Below, piece by piece: positions 1-13,719 of a stretch of 64,000 nucleotides of DNA (positions within the stretch are counted from its first letter, which is position 1; each line of letters begins with the position of its first letter). The notes beneath the pieces are model-generated. The model had not been told where the DNA came from, did not search any database, and worked only from the letters and a program-made list of their open reading frames with translations. The stretch is from Lama glama (taxonomy: Eukaryota). The stretch covers positions 51,958,001-52,022,000 of the forward strand of contig CM052817.1 of NCBI GenBank assembly GCA_028534125.1, given 5' to 3'. Made by a program: the position numbers and the translations under genes.

Positions 1-389
1 AAACTAATTTTACACATTACTGTCAAAAATTTAGATGTAAAAGATGACATGTTTTCTTGTTCCATAAAATTATCATGATCTAAATCTTTTTTTTCCTTCT
101 CTTTTTAAAATCGGTGACACTAAGATAATCCTAATTTGTAATCAAGCAGATGCACTTTGACTCTTAAAAAATATGTCTGGACAAACTAAAGGAAGAATGT
201 AACAAATTAAAAACAAAACTCAAGAATAATAAACCAAACTGTGCCTTGCCAAAGAAGATGCCATCCATAATAATTAGGTTACAACATCCAAATTTCCTTA
301 GTGAACTTCCATATGTCCATTATTTCTTTATCTCTACTGGTTCCCATCTTTCCTTTCTGCAATGCCATTCTTTTGTTCCACAGTAGGCT

Positions 390-937
390 TGTTACCCTGA
401 AAGGTAAAGACCCTGGTTCTTGTCAAACCCGAAAGACAAGTTTACAGTTGGGAGCCAGTGCGTTGTGTAGTGAAAGATTTTTAAAAATTTATTTAACAGA
501 AGGGAAAGTACACCTCCAAGAATCGGAGAAATAACACAAGGGAGGAAAAGCAGCATCTTCTGTCTCCCCTTTCTCTTACACCCTTTCTTAGAGGTGGCCT
601 CTTAATTGATTAACAGCTCTGTCCCTGGAATGCTTAGTCTCGTTTGGTCCCATTGCGCATGTCTTTACCCATAGTGTACACAGAAAAACCCAAGGGGCTG
701 GGGGGAGCCTAAATCGCAATGTTAATTATAATACAATGAGCATTGAGTTTTGTCTGGTTAAGTCCTTTCTGCTACCTGGGAGTCACGGCTGTTGGGTTTT
801 AACCAGTTTCTTGATGGCACTCATTTAGAAGAGGTTAAAATCCCTTTATGCTGGAGGCGGGCATAATGCCATCTTCTAGACCATCCTCCCTCCTCCACCT
901 GTCTGCCTGGTGCCCCCACTTATCTAATTACCTAAAA
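390..937 (-). mobile_element. Solo LTR, probably ERV1 class
   Basis: Begins TGTTACC and ends TACCTAAAA (decayed ...TAACA); near-TSD GGCT (386-389) / GGTT (938-941); minus-strand AATAAA (tttatt 488-493); more GC-rich than its flanks. Confidence 0.7.
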
Positions 938-1476
938 GGTTCTGTATGCATTCATTGTGATTCCTGATTATTGACTTGATTATTCCCCTCAACTCTACTT
1001 AAAAACAGAATCTGACATTTTCCTGATGTTGCTCTGATGATCATCCCCACTAGGCTTCTGATTTTTATTTTACAAATCTCTAACATTAAGCATATTTCTT
1101 CTTTTTGAACTCTTTCCCTCCTCACTTATTTTTCCCCTGCATGTTTGTGTTGAGGGGAAAGGATAGGGTATGAGAGAGAGGGATGTGGTGTTAAACATTG
1201 AATTAAGAACACAACATTTTATTAAGTTAAAATTGTATCTAAATTACAATTCAACATATCTATCACATATTTACTTACTTTAATATGCTTTTCTTTGAGC
1301 TGTAGTTCTCCTTCCAAATCTGATATTTATAAGGGCGTAACACATGATCATTATATATTTTAGACTATGTTCTACTTCCTTGTGATTTATCTACAGTATC
1401 TCTCTTGATGATTAAGAGATGGATTTTTTTAAATATCCTTTTCAAATGTTTTTTAAAAAGTATAGTGAAAAATAGC

Positions 1477-1900
1477 TGTTCCAGTCAGAATACGTTTGGT
1501 TGCAAGTAATAGAAATCCAAAGAAACTAACTGAAGCAGAAAATGGCATTTGTTGGAAGGATCCTGTGGTGACCCATAGAATTAAGATAAGATAAGCAGGA
1601 ATCATCAAGTACCATCAAGCTTCTCCCTTCCTAGGCAATCTTTCTCTTCTTTTCTCTGCTTGGCTAAATCCTTTCATATTGTAGTTGAACTTTATCCCTC
1701 TCTTAATTTACAGGCATTCCAGGGAAGGTCTGCAACTGGCCTAGACCGAGTCATGAGTCTGCCTGTAAATTAATTTTTCTGACCACAGGCACAGATGACA
1801 TGTTTGACCAGGTCTGGGATATTGGGTCAACCCTATAACTAGATTGTCTCAACACTATGAACAGAAGGCCTTCAAAAAATATTTAAGTGGAGGAGACACA
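1477..1900 (-). mobile_element. MaLR LTR remnant (MLT1J/K/L-like)
   Basis: ggttgcaagtaatagaaatccaaagaaactaactgaagcagaaaatggcatttgttgg resembles the reverse-complemented 3' end of old MLT1 LTRs; right boundary uncertain. Confidence 0.65.
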
Positions 1901-3095
1901 GTTTTTCAAAGAAAGGAGGAGTATCCATTACCATAAAAAAGTGAAAATAATTGTGGAAAGATAAAACCAAATTCAGGTCTTAGTATCTTAATATTTCACA
2001 TTTTATCAAGTCTTTTTGTTTTCAGTAGGCAATAACTGATTAGGGCAGAAAATGAGATTTAGAAAAAGAAGAAGGCAAAGAAAGAAGATGACTAATAGAA
2101 TTGTTCTTGTCTTATGTATTCATCAGGTTGGAGATTACTCTTTGAAGAGATGAAATAAAGTTGCTTCTCTGTAGACATTTTCTTGCCTACTGCACATAGG
2201 ACTTCAAATATATTTCCACTCCAACTTATCAGAAACAAGGATGACAAAAGAAAATATCAAAAATTCTCTGCCAAAACCACAACCTTTCTGCACTGAGAGT
2301 GTCACAGCTCACCTCGCTGCCCATCCCCATTTCCACTTGATGGTGAAGCTTCTGAGTATCATGAGCTCTCAAGCATGACCACAGTCATTTTGTGAAAACG
2401 ATTACAACTCACAAGCGTTGATGAGACACACTACGGATACTTGTGTAGATGGGCTGCCCATACTGAATTCTATTTGAGACTTAGATTGGATGAGTCCTAT
2501 AACTCAAAATTATGCCTGGAAAATAAAACAAAACAAAACCCTTCCACTTACTGAATTTGTTTGACTATAGTGATCCTTATTTATAAGGCTATAGTTCAAA
2601 AAAGAAGCTTCTGTTAGTGATATCAATTTATATATACAATCATTATAAGTGATTTTTTCTATTTATAACAAGCAAAAGTACATGGACAAATCTTGAATTA
2701 AAATTTAAAATCACCACAATAGCTTGGTTTGGCCCAGTATGGATTCCGATAAATCATCACTTTCAACATAGTGTGCTTCCATGAGACCATAAGAAATAAA
2801 ATCCATTACATTCCCTGATCATATATACATGACATTTCCTATCAGTAAAGTTAGATTTCTCTTCAAAACGTTGACATATTTGATTAATCTTGGATAGTCT
2901 GCATCGTTCAGGCATCAAAGAAAGCTCATTTTGTCCTGTTTGTCCAACTTATAAGGTCTAATAATCATTCAGAATTTGTTTAACTTCAAGGTATCTTGTA
3001 TGGGAAAAAATTCACCAATGTGTGGGAAAAAAATTCTCATTTACTTATTTATTTTTTACAAATATGCACGAGGGGTAGTATTTGTAATAATGCTA

Positions 3096-3114
3096 CATTG
3101 CCACCTTGTGGACA
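3096..3114 (-). promoter_or_regulatory. Candidate CTCF site
   Basis: Minus strand reads TGTCCACAAGGTGGCAATG, close to the CTCF core consensus; motif match only. Confidence 0.4.
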
Positions 3115-3364
3115 GACTGGATGAAAATCAGTTAACTAAACATCACTGGCCAGTTGCCACCCCTAGGGCTGAAACGATTCTTGTAAGAGTTGTAATGTAG
3201 GTAATTTATAACTACATAAATGGGCACACTGTGGTAACAGAGTATGTCATTCATAAGGAAATTCTTTAAAAGAATTAATCAATTATAATCAATTTCTTTA
3301 TAGAGATTTCTTCTTAAAAATTATTATATTCTGTGAAGTGCACTTTACTTTAGAATAGAATATG

Positions 3365-3450
3365 TTAGAATTCAAGTCCTGCATCCACCGTTAGTAGCTG
3401 TTTATATTAATCTCCTTTGATCTCAGTTTTCCAACCCTAAAAGGAAGTTA
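3365..3450 (+). mobile_element. MIR SINE fragment
   Basis: ttcaagtcctgcatccaccgttagtagctgt...tctcagttttcc matches the MIR core pattern. Confidence 0.5.
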
Positions 3451-3514
3451 TGCTTTTGTTCTCTAAAAAACATCAACATTATCATTCATTGTATGCATAA
3501 CTCCACATTTATTT

Positions 3515-3518
<4 letters not shown>

Positions 3519-3551
<33 letters not shown>
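3519..3551. repeat. (AT)16 microsatellite
   Basis: Directly visible. Confidence 0.97.
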
Positions 3552-3554
<3 letters not shown>

Positions 3555-4404
3555 TCAAGTATTCTTTGAAGTTTTTTAAGTACAAACTATTTGCCAAGCA
3601 ATGTACCTAGAAACTAGCGATGTGAAAAAAATTCCAACACATTATCTCTGTTTATGATGCCTACCTTTTACTAAAAAGTCAATAAAATTTAACTACAGTA
3701 AAAGATCCTTAATTGGAGAAAGTTTAATCCTTAAGTTAAAAGTATGAATTATATATATTTCAAAATCCAACTGTATTACTTTCTAGTAAAAACCATGAAA
3801 GACAGCTATGTAAAGTATTAGTAGATGATTTATTTTTATAAATTTTGTAAGAATTTTTGTTTTCATGAAAGCTTTCAAAAACATTTGAAATTATGTGGCC
3901 ATCCTAAGTAAAAGGAAATAAAATTAATTTTATAAAATTCAAATTTCCACAAATTTTTATTATGATACAAATACAACTCTAGGTTTGCTTAGGAAAGGCA
4001 AATACTGAACTAAATTTACTCTTTCTAAATTAGTCAATTATAATTAATATACTATTTATATAGAAATTCATAAAATATTTCTACTTATGCTTTTAGAAGT
4101 AGAACTTATTCTAAATATATAATGATTATGTTTTTAGCCCATTTATAAAATCAGATTTGGAAGAATCACAAAGATTTTTCTAATTAAATCTTCATAGAGT
4201 TACCTCAATAATATTACAATATCATAAATTAATGATTGTCTTTTACATGTGTATATGGGTGCCAGTGTGTGTGTATAATATAATGTGCATTTGCTCTATA
4301 TGCGCATTTCAAAGTATCATTAGCCCAAATCTCTACCCCTTCTATGCTAGCTACTGAGGTCCTTTGGCTTGCATTTTTATTTCTCTACTGAGTACTTGCA
4401 CAAT

Positions 4405-4602
4405 ATCATGATGGCACATACATGGCAGACGTGCCATCACTCCTCCTTTCCACTCTCCTGGTTGACATCAATAATTAACCATGATAATTCTCCTTGCTAA
4501 TTATCACATGCTGGTTCACTTCTCCTCCCAAATAAGTATAAGAGAGCCCCTAACAACTGATCAGAAATGGCAAACAAATTAAAACCCACTGGCTAACTCC
4601 AG
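4405..4602. mobile_element. hAT-Charlie DNA transposon relic (MER112-like)
   Basis: atggcacatacatggcagacgtgccatcactcc...gacatcaataattaaccatg...gatcagaaatggca...aaacccactggctaactccag follows the recalled MER112 layout. Confidence 0.55.
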
Positions 4603-5034
4603 TAATTGTGTTCAATATTGAGAGGTCAGTTTCATTATTCTATCCCACTTACATTTATTGCATGGATACTATATGTTAAAGAATTATTCTTGTCTCTATA
4701 TATTATTTATCTTGTCTCTATGTATTATTTATCTATATGTAAGAATGTCATAGCTTTACCAAATGAAACCTAATTAAGCAAAATAAAATGTCAAAAAAGT
4801 ACAAAGAAGGGAAATGTTAGACCAAAAAAGAACAGAGATGATTCCAAATTTTAGATTTATGTAGTAACCTGAGGAAAAAATATCTCATTTATTTGTCAAT
4901 AAACTTATGGAAAATAACTGAATAACGTGAAACATAAAAATATATATCCAATTATTTTGATCATTCATGATTTTTTAATAAACGTTGTTTCACCCTTGCC
5001 TAACTATCCAGACACATATGCCTCAGTATATTCC

Positions 5035-6280
5035 TTTAGTTAATCATGCATTTGCTTATTTAAAAATATAGTTACTGAGAATCATTTATGGACTACACAA
5101 GGTTTCACATAGTAGATGTGTATGGTGAGCAAGATAATATAGTCCCTGTTTTTATGGAGATTAAAGTTCAGTCAAGAAGACAGCTTAAAAAGCCTCAGTT
5201 CAGTGTAGGGGAAACACAGGATAGATAACATGAGTGAACACGACAGGACCTACTCTAGCCGGGAAGTACAGACAAGGAAAGCATCCTAGAAGAAATGGTC
5301 ATTAGTTTGTGCCTGAAGGACCCTAAGAGCGACCAGGCTAAGAAGAGAAATGGGAAACTATTCTAAGCAAAGCTATCAGCATATACAAAGTCCTGGAGGC
5401 CAAGAAGAATTAGGTAGATTAAAAAATTAACAGGTAGGTAGTGCTGGAGATTGAAGTGGAGAGGTGAAGTGACAAAAGACAAGTCTGGAGACACAGGCAA
5501 GAGAGAGTCTTGCCAGTTATAGTAAAGAATTTGAACGTTATTCCCAAGGAAACTTGAAGGCATTGAAAGGTAAACAGCAAGTGACATGATTCATTCTTCA
5601 TTTTAGAGGATTCTCTCACTCTCGTTGGTAGAGATTATACTGAATCAGTATAAACTGGAGGGAGAGGGAGGCAAAACAAGCAGAGAGACGGCCAAAGGCC
5701 CGGGCAGGAGACTACGGTGGCCTAGATTCAGGAGATCATGATGCAGACAGAGAAAAGAAGATGTGTCTTTGTTTGCACAGGTAGTGGTGTACTTAGCAGA
5801 GTTAGAAATTGTGAGAGGAGCAGGTTTGTGCAGTTAGATCGAGATGGGAAAACAGCATGAATTGGTTCAATTTTGGATGTGCGAAGTGTTTGATAAATGC
5901 AGTAAGCATAACAGGTTAGCACTTTGAAATACAGAATGCATCCATGCTCTGTCTCTCTGTCTCTCATATATACACATGTATAAAATATATAACATATATT
6001 ATACATGTCTGTGTGTATTATACATATAGCATTTATGTATATGCTAGAGAATCATCATATAAATCATAAATTACATTATAGGAGTGGCTACAATTGCCAA
6101 AGTGTGGGTATGATGAAGGCCTAACAAAGAGTGTTAACATAGTGCCAAAGAGGCAAGAGAAAAAAAAAAAAGTGAAGTATAATAGAAGACTCTACCCCAA
6201 AAAATTGAGAGAGAGGAAGAAAGGGAGAGAGATTTAAGTGTATATTAGACAGAGCCGTGGGAAGCTGAGATAAACGGCTA
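5035..6280 (-). mobile_element. L2 LINE 3' portion, degraded
   Basis: Reverse-complemented L2 tail (gttactgag...atggtgagcaagataatatagtccctgtttttatggag) followed by purine-rich L2 body (gtgacatgattcattcttcattttagagga). Confidence 0.7.
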
Positions 6281-7974
6281 AAAATAGTCATATGTATGTA
6301 TCCATACTTAGGAGCCTACAAGCAAAAAATAAGATCATCATTCAACAATATTGCTTTTTAAAGTAACAAATATAAAGTTAAGTCCAGGCAATTGAGTATG
6401 TGGTAAAATTAAAATATGCATCTATTTGATCCTCATGGGTAACAGTACTTCATTCAAATTCTTGTCCTTGCAGAGACTGGAGCATGATAACTGAGCAATG
6501 AATTCACTGTATGTTGGAGCAAAATCTGGGATGCTATAGTTTTTCTCTTTTAACAATATCGTTGAGTCTCTTCTGATTAGAATGTGAATATATTAAAGTT
6601 CAGAATCTATCCATCATTCATTTGCCTAAAATAAATATGTAATTTTAGGTTTTGAAAATAAGCTGACTTAAAAATAAAGGAGAAAAGATCTAGGAATGTT
6701 TCTAAACAGCAATAGCATGTCAGATTGGTTATTTTTGCTTTAGTCTGACTAAAAAAATGCAATAGAAGAAAAATATACAGAATATAATAAAGGTACCTAA
6801 ACTTTGCTTCTGATCCACATCTTGATTTGAGCATAGAGATAAGCTTTAACTCTATTACGAACAATAGTATACCAACCAAGAAAAGTGATCTCAAAGTTGC
6901 TTCCCTTACATTCTTTGTCAGTCAAAGTCCTATTAATGTACCTCAGTGTTCTCATTCACATAGCAGCTCTTACGTCTACCTGAGAGCTTTAATGCCCTGG
7001 GAAACATCCTCTGCTCCTGTTTGTCACCCCGCTGAGATCTGTACTCATTATCACTTCATCCACTGCCATCCAACTCTGTCAGTGCTGTGAAATCTACTGA
7101 CTTTTTATTCTTGAAACTTTGGTGAATTCCAGATTTCCTGGTCTGAAGCCAAGGAAGTATGCCAGATGGGAGAAGGCAGGGAAGAAAACAAGATCATTGA
7201 TATAGAAGTTGCTGTGTAACATCGAAAATATACTTTTAATCTCTAGACCAAATGAGCATTTTTGAAATCACTATAAAGGTTTGCTACTTGTCAGTATTTA
7301 CAACTCCAATCAACAGTGTCAAAGGCAATAGATACATTCAACCACATCCAACAGCAATAATAAAATTAGCTAGAAACAATTTAACTTAAGATCCCACATT
7401 TTTTATATTGATTTACCCTGAAAGCTAAAATTTCACTTTTAAAGTGTCATAAGCGTAAGTTGGAATATTTTTGAGAGTAAACAAAACATTTTTTCAAAGA
7501 AAAACATTTTTTTTCCGGAGGCGTATTAAAAATGGTAGAGATTGAGAAAATGAGCAGTAGGAAAGTCATCATTTCACGATTTGCACTCATTTTAATTAGT
7601 GACTTATAGATGTATATTTAAGCATCTATTCAATCAATATATTATGTAAACCATGGGTTGTGGGGAGGACTATCATTTTTCCATTCTAGGTATTGCCTCA
7701 GTATTCACTTTGAGAGTTAACTCACTGTGAAAGTTAAACATAACAGAATAAAAGAGAACCAACGGTCATTAAACGACATCTAAGACCAGCTTTCTGATTC
7801 CAACTCTTTTGGAATTTCATTGGTTATTACGATTACTTCTCTATACATTTTTTCTTCAAGAAATGAAACATTTAAAATACAGCTGGAGCCCCCGGCATTT
7901 CTGCCAATACTATTTATTCTATACCATTTTGCACCCAGGAAACCATTATCTGAAATTCTTTGCTTTTTACTTTC

Positions 7975-8480
7975 ATACAAGTTTTTATTTTATTATAAAT
8001 GTATAAATCCATAAACTATATAAAGTTTTTATTTTCACCTTTTAATACTTATCTACAGTAATTTGTATTTATATATGTCCTTCGGTATTTTAAATGTATG
8101 CAGATATCCATCTACAAATTCTTATTTTTGTATGACAGTACAAGTTTTACTTATTTTTAACATGTGAATATTAACATGTAATGCAATTCTGGTTCACTTA
8201 AAAAAGTTGTAAAATTTCATGGTTTGCTTCTCTTTTGGGTGGACATTGGGAAGTTTCCCCTATGCTGCTATCATAAGAACTGCTGTATTCAACAGTCATT
8301 TACATGACTCCTCTGCACATATGGGTGAGATTTTCTGGGGTTTATACCTACTATGTGTGAAATTGCTAGAGTGTTGAATAGAAACTTTTAAACTTTACTA
8401 TGCTTTGACAAGTTTATATCAAAAGCACCAATTTACATCCAACCTGTAGTCAATAAAGAGTTTTTCAATGGGTGGAAAAT
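7975..8480 (-). mobile_element. Old L1 (L1M) 3' fragment
   Basis: ggtggacattgggaagtttccc...gctatcataagaactgctgtattcaacag...ggggtttatacc typical of antisense L1 3' ORF2/UTR. Confidence 0.55.
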
Positions 8481-8874
8481 ACATTGTTTTTGGAGTCCTC
8501 AAAACTTTTTTTGAGTCAGGTTTAGTAATTTATGATTTTCAGGAAAGTTATTTTGTTTATTTATTTTAGAAAAATGCTGCTCACTGATTTCAGTAACTGT
8601 AATATATGTACTTTTGTCCTGATTTTCATTTGTTCATTGTTTTCAGTTTAATATAGTAAACATGTTTTTCTATGGTTGCTCTCATAGCTCACTTAGTAAT
8701 GCATGATGCTAAAATGATTTGTCTTTATTTCAATTGAGCAACATTTCAAACCTAAAGGGAAGTACAGAAAATAATTTAAAAAGTTTATCTATAATTTGAA
8801 TTAATAAATATTATATTTAAGTAAAAATACATGTTATAAGGAAGAAGTTATTTTCATATTTCCTTCATGTCATT

Positions 8875-9016
8875 AAAAAAATTCTTTTTTAAGGTTTCTT
8901 GTGAGGGAATAGGTAATCAAGTTTATTTATTTATTTAATGGATGTACTGAGGATTGAAGCCGGGATCTCTTGCATGCTAAGCATGAGCTCTTACCACTAA
9001 GCTATACCCATCCCCC
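8875..9016 (-). mobile_element. Camelid tRNA-derived SINE (Vic-1 type)
   Basis: Minus strand GGGGGATGGGTATAGCTTAGTGGTAAGAGCTCATGCTTAGCATGCAAGAGATCCCGGCTTCAATCCTCAGTAC with A/B-box-like motifs, then (TAAA)n and an A-rich tail; ATGTCATT is repeated on both sides as a TSD. Confidence 0.88.
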
Positions 9017-9780
9017 ATGTCATTTTTTAAGGGAATAAAATGTTACTTACAGAGTTGATGCCCTGTTATACTCCTCCTTAACTGTGTATATCTTTCTTTT
9101 TCACGCAACCTTATTCTTTTGAGATCTACCTGTATTAATAAGTGCAAATCCAGTTTATTAATTTTAACTGTCAAATATTATTCCCTTCTGTAACAATATT
9201 AGCATTTTCTTATCCTTTCCTTTACTGATGGGCGGTGTGAAGCTCCTCAGATTGCACAGCCCTGCATATGCCCATATTCACCCTGGAAAGACAAGTGGTT
9301 TTAGCAGAGCTCTTTCCCTGAACACACCCAGCTGATAAGCTTCACTACTTGTAGGCTGATTGTTTTACTCCTTTTAACAATATCTTGGGTCATAAATTGT
9401 TCCACAAATTGATCCAATCAAATCCAGATTCTTTGTAAAGGATAGTTTCCTTGGTTAATGTTTGAAATTTGTTCTGTATGTGACATTCTGAATGCGTGAA
9501 TTTTTATTTTTGTAAATTGTATCATGTTGTAAGTCTCACTTTGTTTCTTGACTTTTTCACTTATGTCAATATCTGCTCTATGAAAACTAGTTTTTTCTTT
9601 TTAGACATGTAACAAAGTTACTAGCTATTTTCCTAGAGGTGAACTTCCAATTTCCCTCTAACTTTGTTTTACTAAAAATACCATTATAATGCACACCATA
9701 CATGTTCAGACCCCAGCACATATATAGGGCATAATGAGGCCTGTAATCTCTTCAAAATCACTTTTCATTCAAAATCCTAG

Positions 9781-10235
9781 TGATGAGATAAAAATTTATA
9801 CATTATGGCAAGAAAAGAAAAATTTAAACATGAAAAACATTTTCTCTTTCTTTGGCCTCCTCTGTCCCCTCTACTGTGCATTGTGTGTCTGCATTATACA
9901 TTGACCAAACCTCCCTATCGGCAGAAATGCCTGCTCAACTATAAAGAGTAACGTTCTTCTATCACCAACAGACAACTCCTTAAAGAGTTCTTGATCTTGT
10001 TAGGGGTCACGATGACGTACCACTTTGTACTTACTAATCTGGATTATGCAAACTATCTGTGTCATTTAATGTACAGCTCTCTGTCTCAAAAACCTATATA
10101 TATGCTTTGACCTCTAACAGGCAGAATAGTTCTCAGAACTTTGTGAGCAGCTGCTCCTGGGTTATATTCCTCAATTTGGCTCAAAAAAATTTTTCCATGT
10201 CTTTTTAAGATGGACTGATAAATTTTTCATTGACA
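9781..10235 (+). mobile_element. Solo LTR, ERV1-like
   Basis: TGATGAGA...ATTGACA termini; 4-bp near-TSD CTAG (9777-9780) / TTAG (10236-10239); TATA-like cctatatata; decayed polyA-signal region ggctcaaaaaaattt. Confidence 0.75.
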
Positions 10236-12049
10236 TTAGTCATACTGAAAGCTTCCTTATTTGGTCCAGGCTGATGGGAAGAGGTGTTCGTTGTTCCGGA
10301 TCCTGAGTTAGGGGAGTACTAGGTTGCCTGGTTTTTGACGATGCACCGTATGTAGGCTTAATAACAAATTTCTTCTCTTACAGTAAGCGTTAGAAATCCA
10401 GATTCCCACTCCTACACTCTGCTTTGACCTGAATCCCTCACAGGAGACCACAAAGTCACCTTGTCTTAAAGCTCTGGCTTCATTTGGGCTGTTAATCTGG
10501 CACTTGAGTCTATTCATTTCTTTTGAACTGGGTTGCTTCTTTAATTGTTATCATTTATCTAACATTTCTATTTGTCACAATGGGATAAAGGCACTTGTCA
10601 ATCACTTGTGTTTGTCATGATGCTAAAACTTCTCCAAGCATTGCTTTCCAAAATTTAATACATTTATATAGTTGGTAGCTGAGAATTTTGACTAATGACA
10701 ACATATGGTACTGTCAGTACAATGATAGCATGCTATTTAGAGTAAAGTCAATTATCTATCAAATTAATCATTATTCTTTTAAGCTGAATATGCACTACAT
10801 GGCATAGAATACGATGTATAATGTGCCTCCTGGAGTTGTAAAATGTGGCAATATGTAGACAATGAAAAGAACTATTGGTAAAGCAGAAATACTTAAAAAA
10901 AGTAAATGTTTTATAAAATCAATTTTTTTGTGATCAGGTGAATAAAAATAAATCAGGGCAATTACTGTATTGTAGCTCGGAGGAAAAATGAGACTTTTAA
11001 ATCAGTATTACTTTTATTCTTGATTTCTATTTCTTATTTTCTTCCTTCCAAAGCAAAATTAGGATGTCAAACATCATTTCAGAAGGAAAAAACTTCACAA
11101 TGTATACAATGTAAAGTTAATAGGTTCATTGTTGGTATCATGATGTGTTTATTAAAGTACAACTGCTGGCAGATCATCTGGGGAATGAGAGGGCAGAGGA
11201 AGTGGGTAAATTTGAAAGATCGCTGCATTGTTCTCTAGCAATTTTCTGAAACTGTTTTGACTGGAATATCATTATAATTTTTTTTTTTTTGCTAGTAATT
11301 GCTACTAGCAAGCAGAGATATGGCAGAAATAGAGGCAAACTATATATAGAGTAACATGATCATTTGACTTTCAGGGCTCTATCTGAACTTGCTGAGGGTG
11401 AGGAAAGAAAACTAAGGATGATTTTTACATCCATGAGAGTGTTTAGGTGCTCATTATTATAATATTTCATTTGAAGAATAAACCTCATAAGTGTTAATTT
11501 TGATTTGCAAAATTTTTTAAAGCTAAATTAAGAATATGTACCTTTAAAGTTCATTTAAGATGATTTAAGGCCTCAAATTCCAGATAAACGACGTGATATA
11601 TAGAGTTTAGGCATTTTAGGATGTCTTTCATTAAAATAAAGTTAGGTTAGGTCTAGAAGACTTTGTTTCAAAACAGAGGAGTTTATCTTAATAACGCTAA
11701 TGATATTAAAAACAAATGTTAGAGACTATGCTTGGTATACCGTGCTTAAAAAAACAAAAGTTATTGGCACTTCATGAAGTTGGATACTAAAATATGACTT
11801 TTGATTGAGGAAATAAAACAAACTTTAAAATCAAATCAGTCTTTTCATCCCTTAAAAACTAGTCCTATACAAATAAAAATGTTCAACTACCCATAAATGG
11901 TGAAAAGAAAAAAATATAATTCTCAAATTTGATTTCTACAACATTTTATTTTTATTATAAATAATATATGCATAGTAAGTGACTCAAATTAATTGGAAGG
12001 ATGGTGATAGTAGGAGAAATGTATATAAAAATCTAACTAAAACATAGCC

Positions 12050-12050
<1 letters not shown>

Positions 12051-12100
<50 letters not shown>
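12051..12100. repeat. Compound (TG)17(AG)8 microsatellite
   Basis: Directly visible. Confidence 0.97.
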
Positions 12101-12101
<1 letters not shown>

Positions 12102-13334
12102 CGGGATAAACTGTTGAAATACTGGAGTGATTTGCTTTTTGCTATTGACTTTCAGGATCACAGAATAACAGTCAGTAGAATGCTTAGAAATTATATGACC
12201 TAATCTGCAGCTCTGATGCCTGTCGGTGACTGAGCTGTCTTGTATACATTTGTGTGACATGTTGCTATCTCAAAGACTTCCAGTGATAATATCTTATTAT
12301 CATGACAGTCAAAAGATGTTTCATTTTGTTATTTCTATGTCTAGCAGAAATCTCTCTTCCTTTAAGTTGATTTACTTTGGCTTGGTCCTTTCAGGAGAGG
12401 GAAAACCTGTTAGCATTTTTTTTTTTTTCCATAAAAGGACAGACACACATCAAGGCAACTGGCTTGGTTTTATCAACGTGTTCACTCCCCGGCTATCTCT
12501 TTTTCAATGGCACTTACCTTCATTGTTTTCATCTGTTTATTATTTAGCCACCTAATTTCGTTTCCTCACTTCTGATAGAAGTCAAGATCTTACTTTACAC
12601 AGGAATTTAGCTGTCTCTTTGTAAGTCTGCCATTTCTCAATGCCATTGAAGATTTCTTCTATAATCTTTGAAGAATGCAGCCTAATAGGAATGACTGAAT
12701 GAAACATTATAATATTAAAGTAGATATGAATCTTTAATACCAGAGTATAGAAGTTTTATCTTCCCTGATCCTACTTGCAAAATTCCTTTTTAACATCTGC
12801 CACTGGCTTTTGTAGTGGTTTGGTTTCTTTAATTAAACAATATGATTTTGCTAGCTTTTACTGAATTTTTAACAAAGAATAAATCTCATGTCTTTTTCCA
12901 GTTTTGTTGTATTGGACTCACTTTTTCTCTATTCTTTGTTTATTATTTGTTTAGAACCATATGTATTGCATGATCCTACCTTTAACTTTCTATTAAATAC
13001 TTTTTACTTTAATAAATGTTACCTGTAAAACTCATAGTTTATGTAAAAATTTGTCTAGATAAAAAAAATATATCATAATGCCTGAAAGGGAAAAAATTAG
13101 GTTTAATAACAGCAGGGCAATATACTCACTGAGGATGCTGATAACAAAGTATAGTGAAAGCTATGTAAAACTTTATAACCAAAGTCTCACTTTTACTCTC
13201 CCTGTAGGCAGATACTTTTATTAGCTGTTTTTCTTTTCATTCTTCTACTGTTTCTTTATGAAAATATGAGCAAATGTGAATATATATTCTTATTTCTACT
13301 TTCTTACACAGAATTGTAATATCTAATACTTCTT

Positions 13335-13540
13335 TAATGCTTATTACATGTCTATTCTATTTAATAAATTGTCACCTCAGATCTATGAGGTAGGTACTTA
13401 TTCCTATTTATGGAAGGAACTGAAGTGCAGAACATTTTAGCAATTTGCCCAAAATAACACTAGTAAGTATGGGATCTGGGCTTTGAATCCAAGAGATCTG
13501 TCTTCTGAGCCTGAAATCGTTATCAATTCACTCCACTGCT
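13335..13540 (-). mobile_element. MIR SINE
   Basis: ctatgaggtaggtactt...ggaactgaagtgcaga...aatttgcccaaaataacactagtaagt...tttgaatccaag is the antisense MIR core. Confidence 0.75.
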
Positions 13541-13719
13541 AAAAGTATAGAGGGATGCCTACGCTGAAGTGTGTTAAGCCTAACGTGGATCTCATGATCT
13601 AAACTCTATCAAATCACACACATTGATAGATAAATGGACAGTTAAAGGTAAGATATTCTGGTTTAAATGCTTCTATATACTTTCCTGGTGTTTATAAAGC
13701 AAATATATTGTAGGCATAC

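Noticed and set aside
2305..2400. Minus-strand splice donor GAG|GTGAGC
   Set aside because: Isolated motif with no convincing acceptor or recognisable peptide.
4688..4735. Short direct repeats (22-bp duplication here; similar ones near 13950, 22780 and 44475) as a CRISPR-like or functional array
   Set aside because: Only two copies each with no repeat-spacer periodicity; ordinary slippage duplications in eukaryotic DNA.
8940..9016. tRNA gene
   Set aside because: The tRNA-like head continues into a SINE body, A-tail and TSD, and the B box is degenerate.
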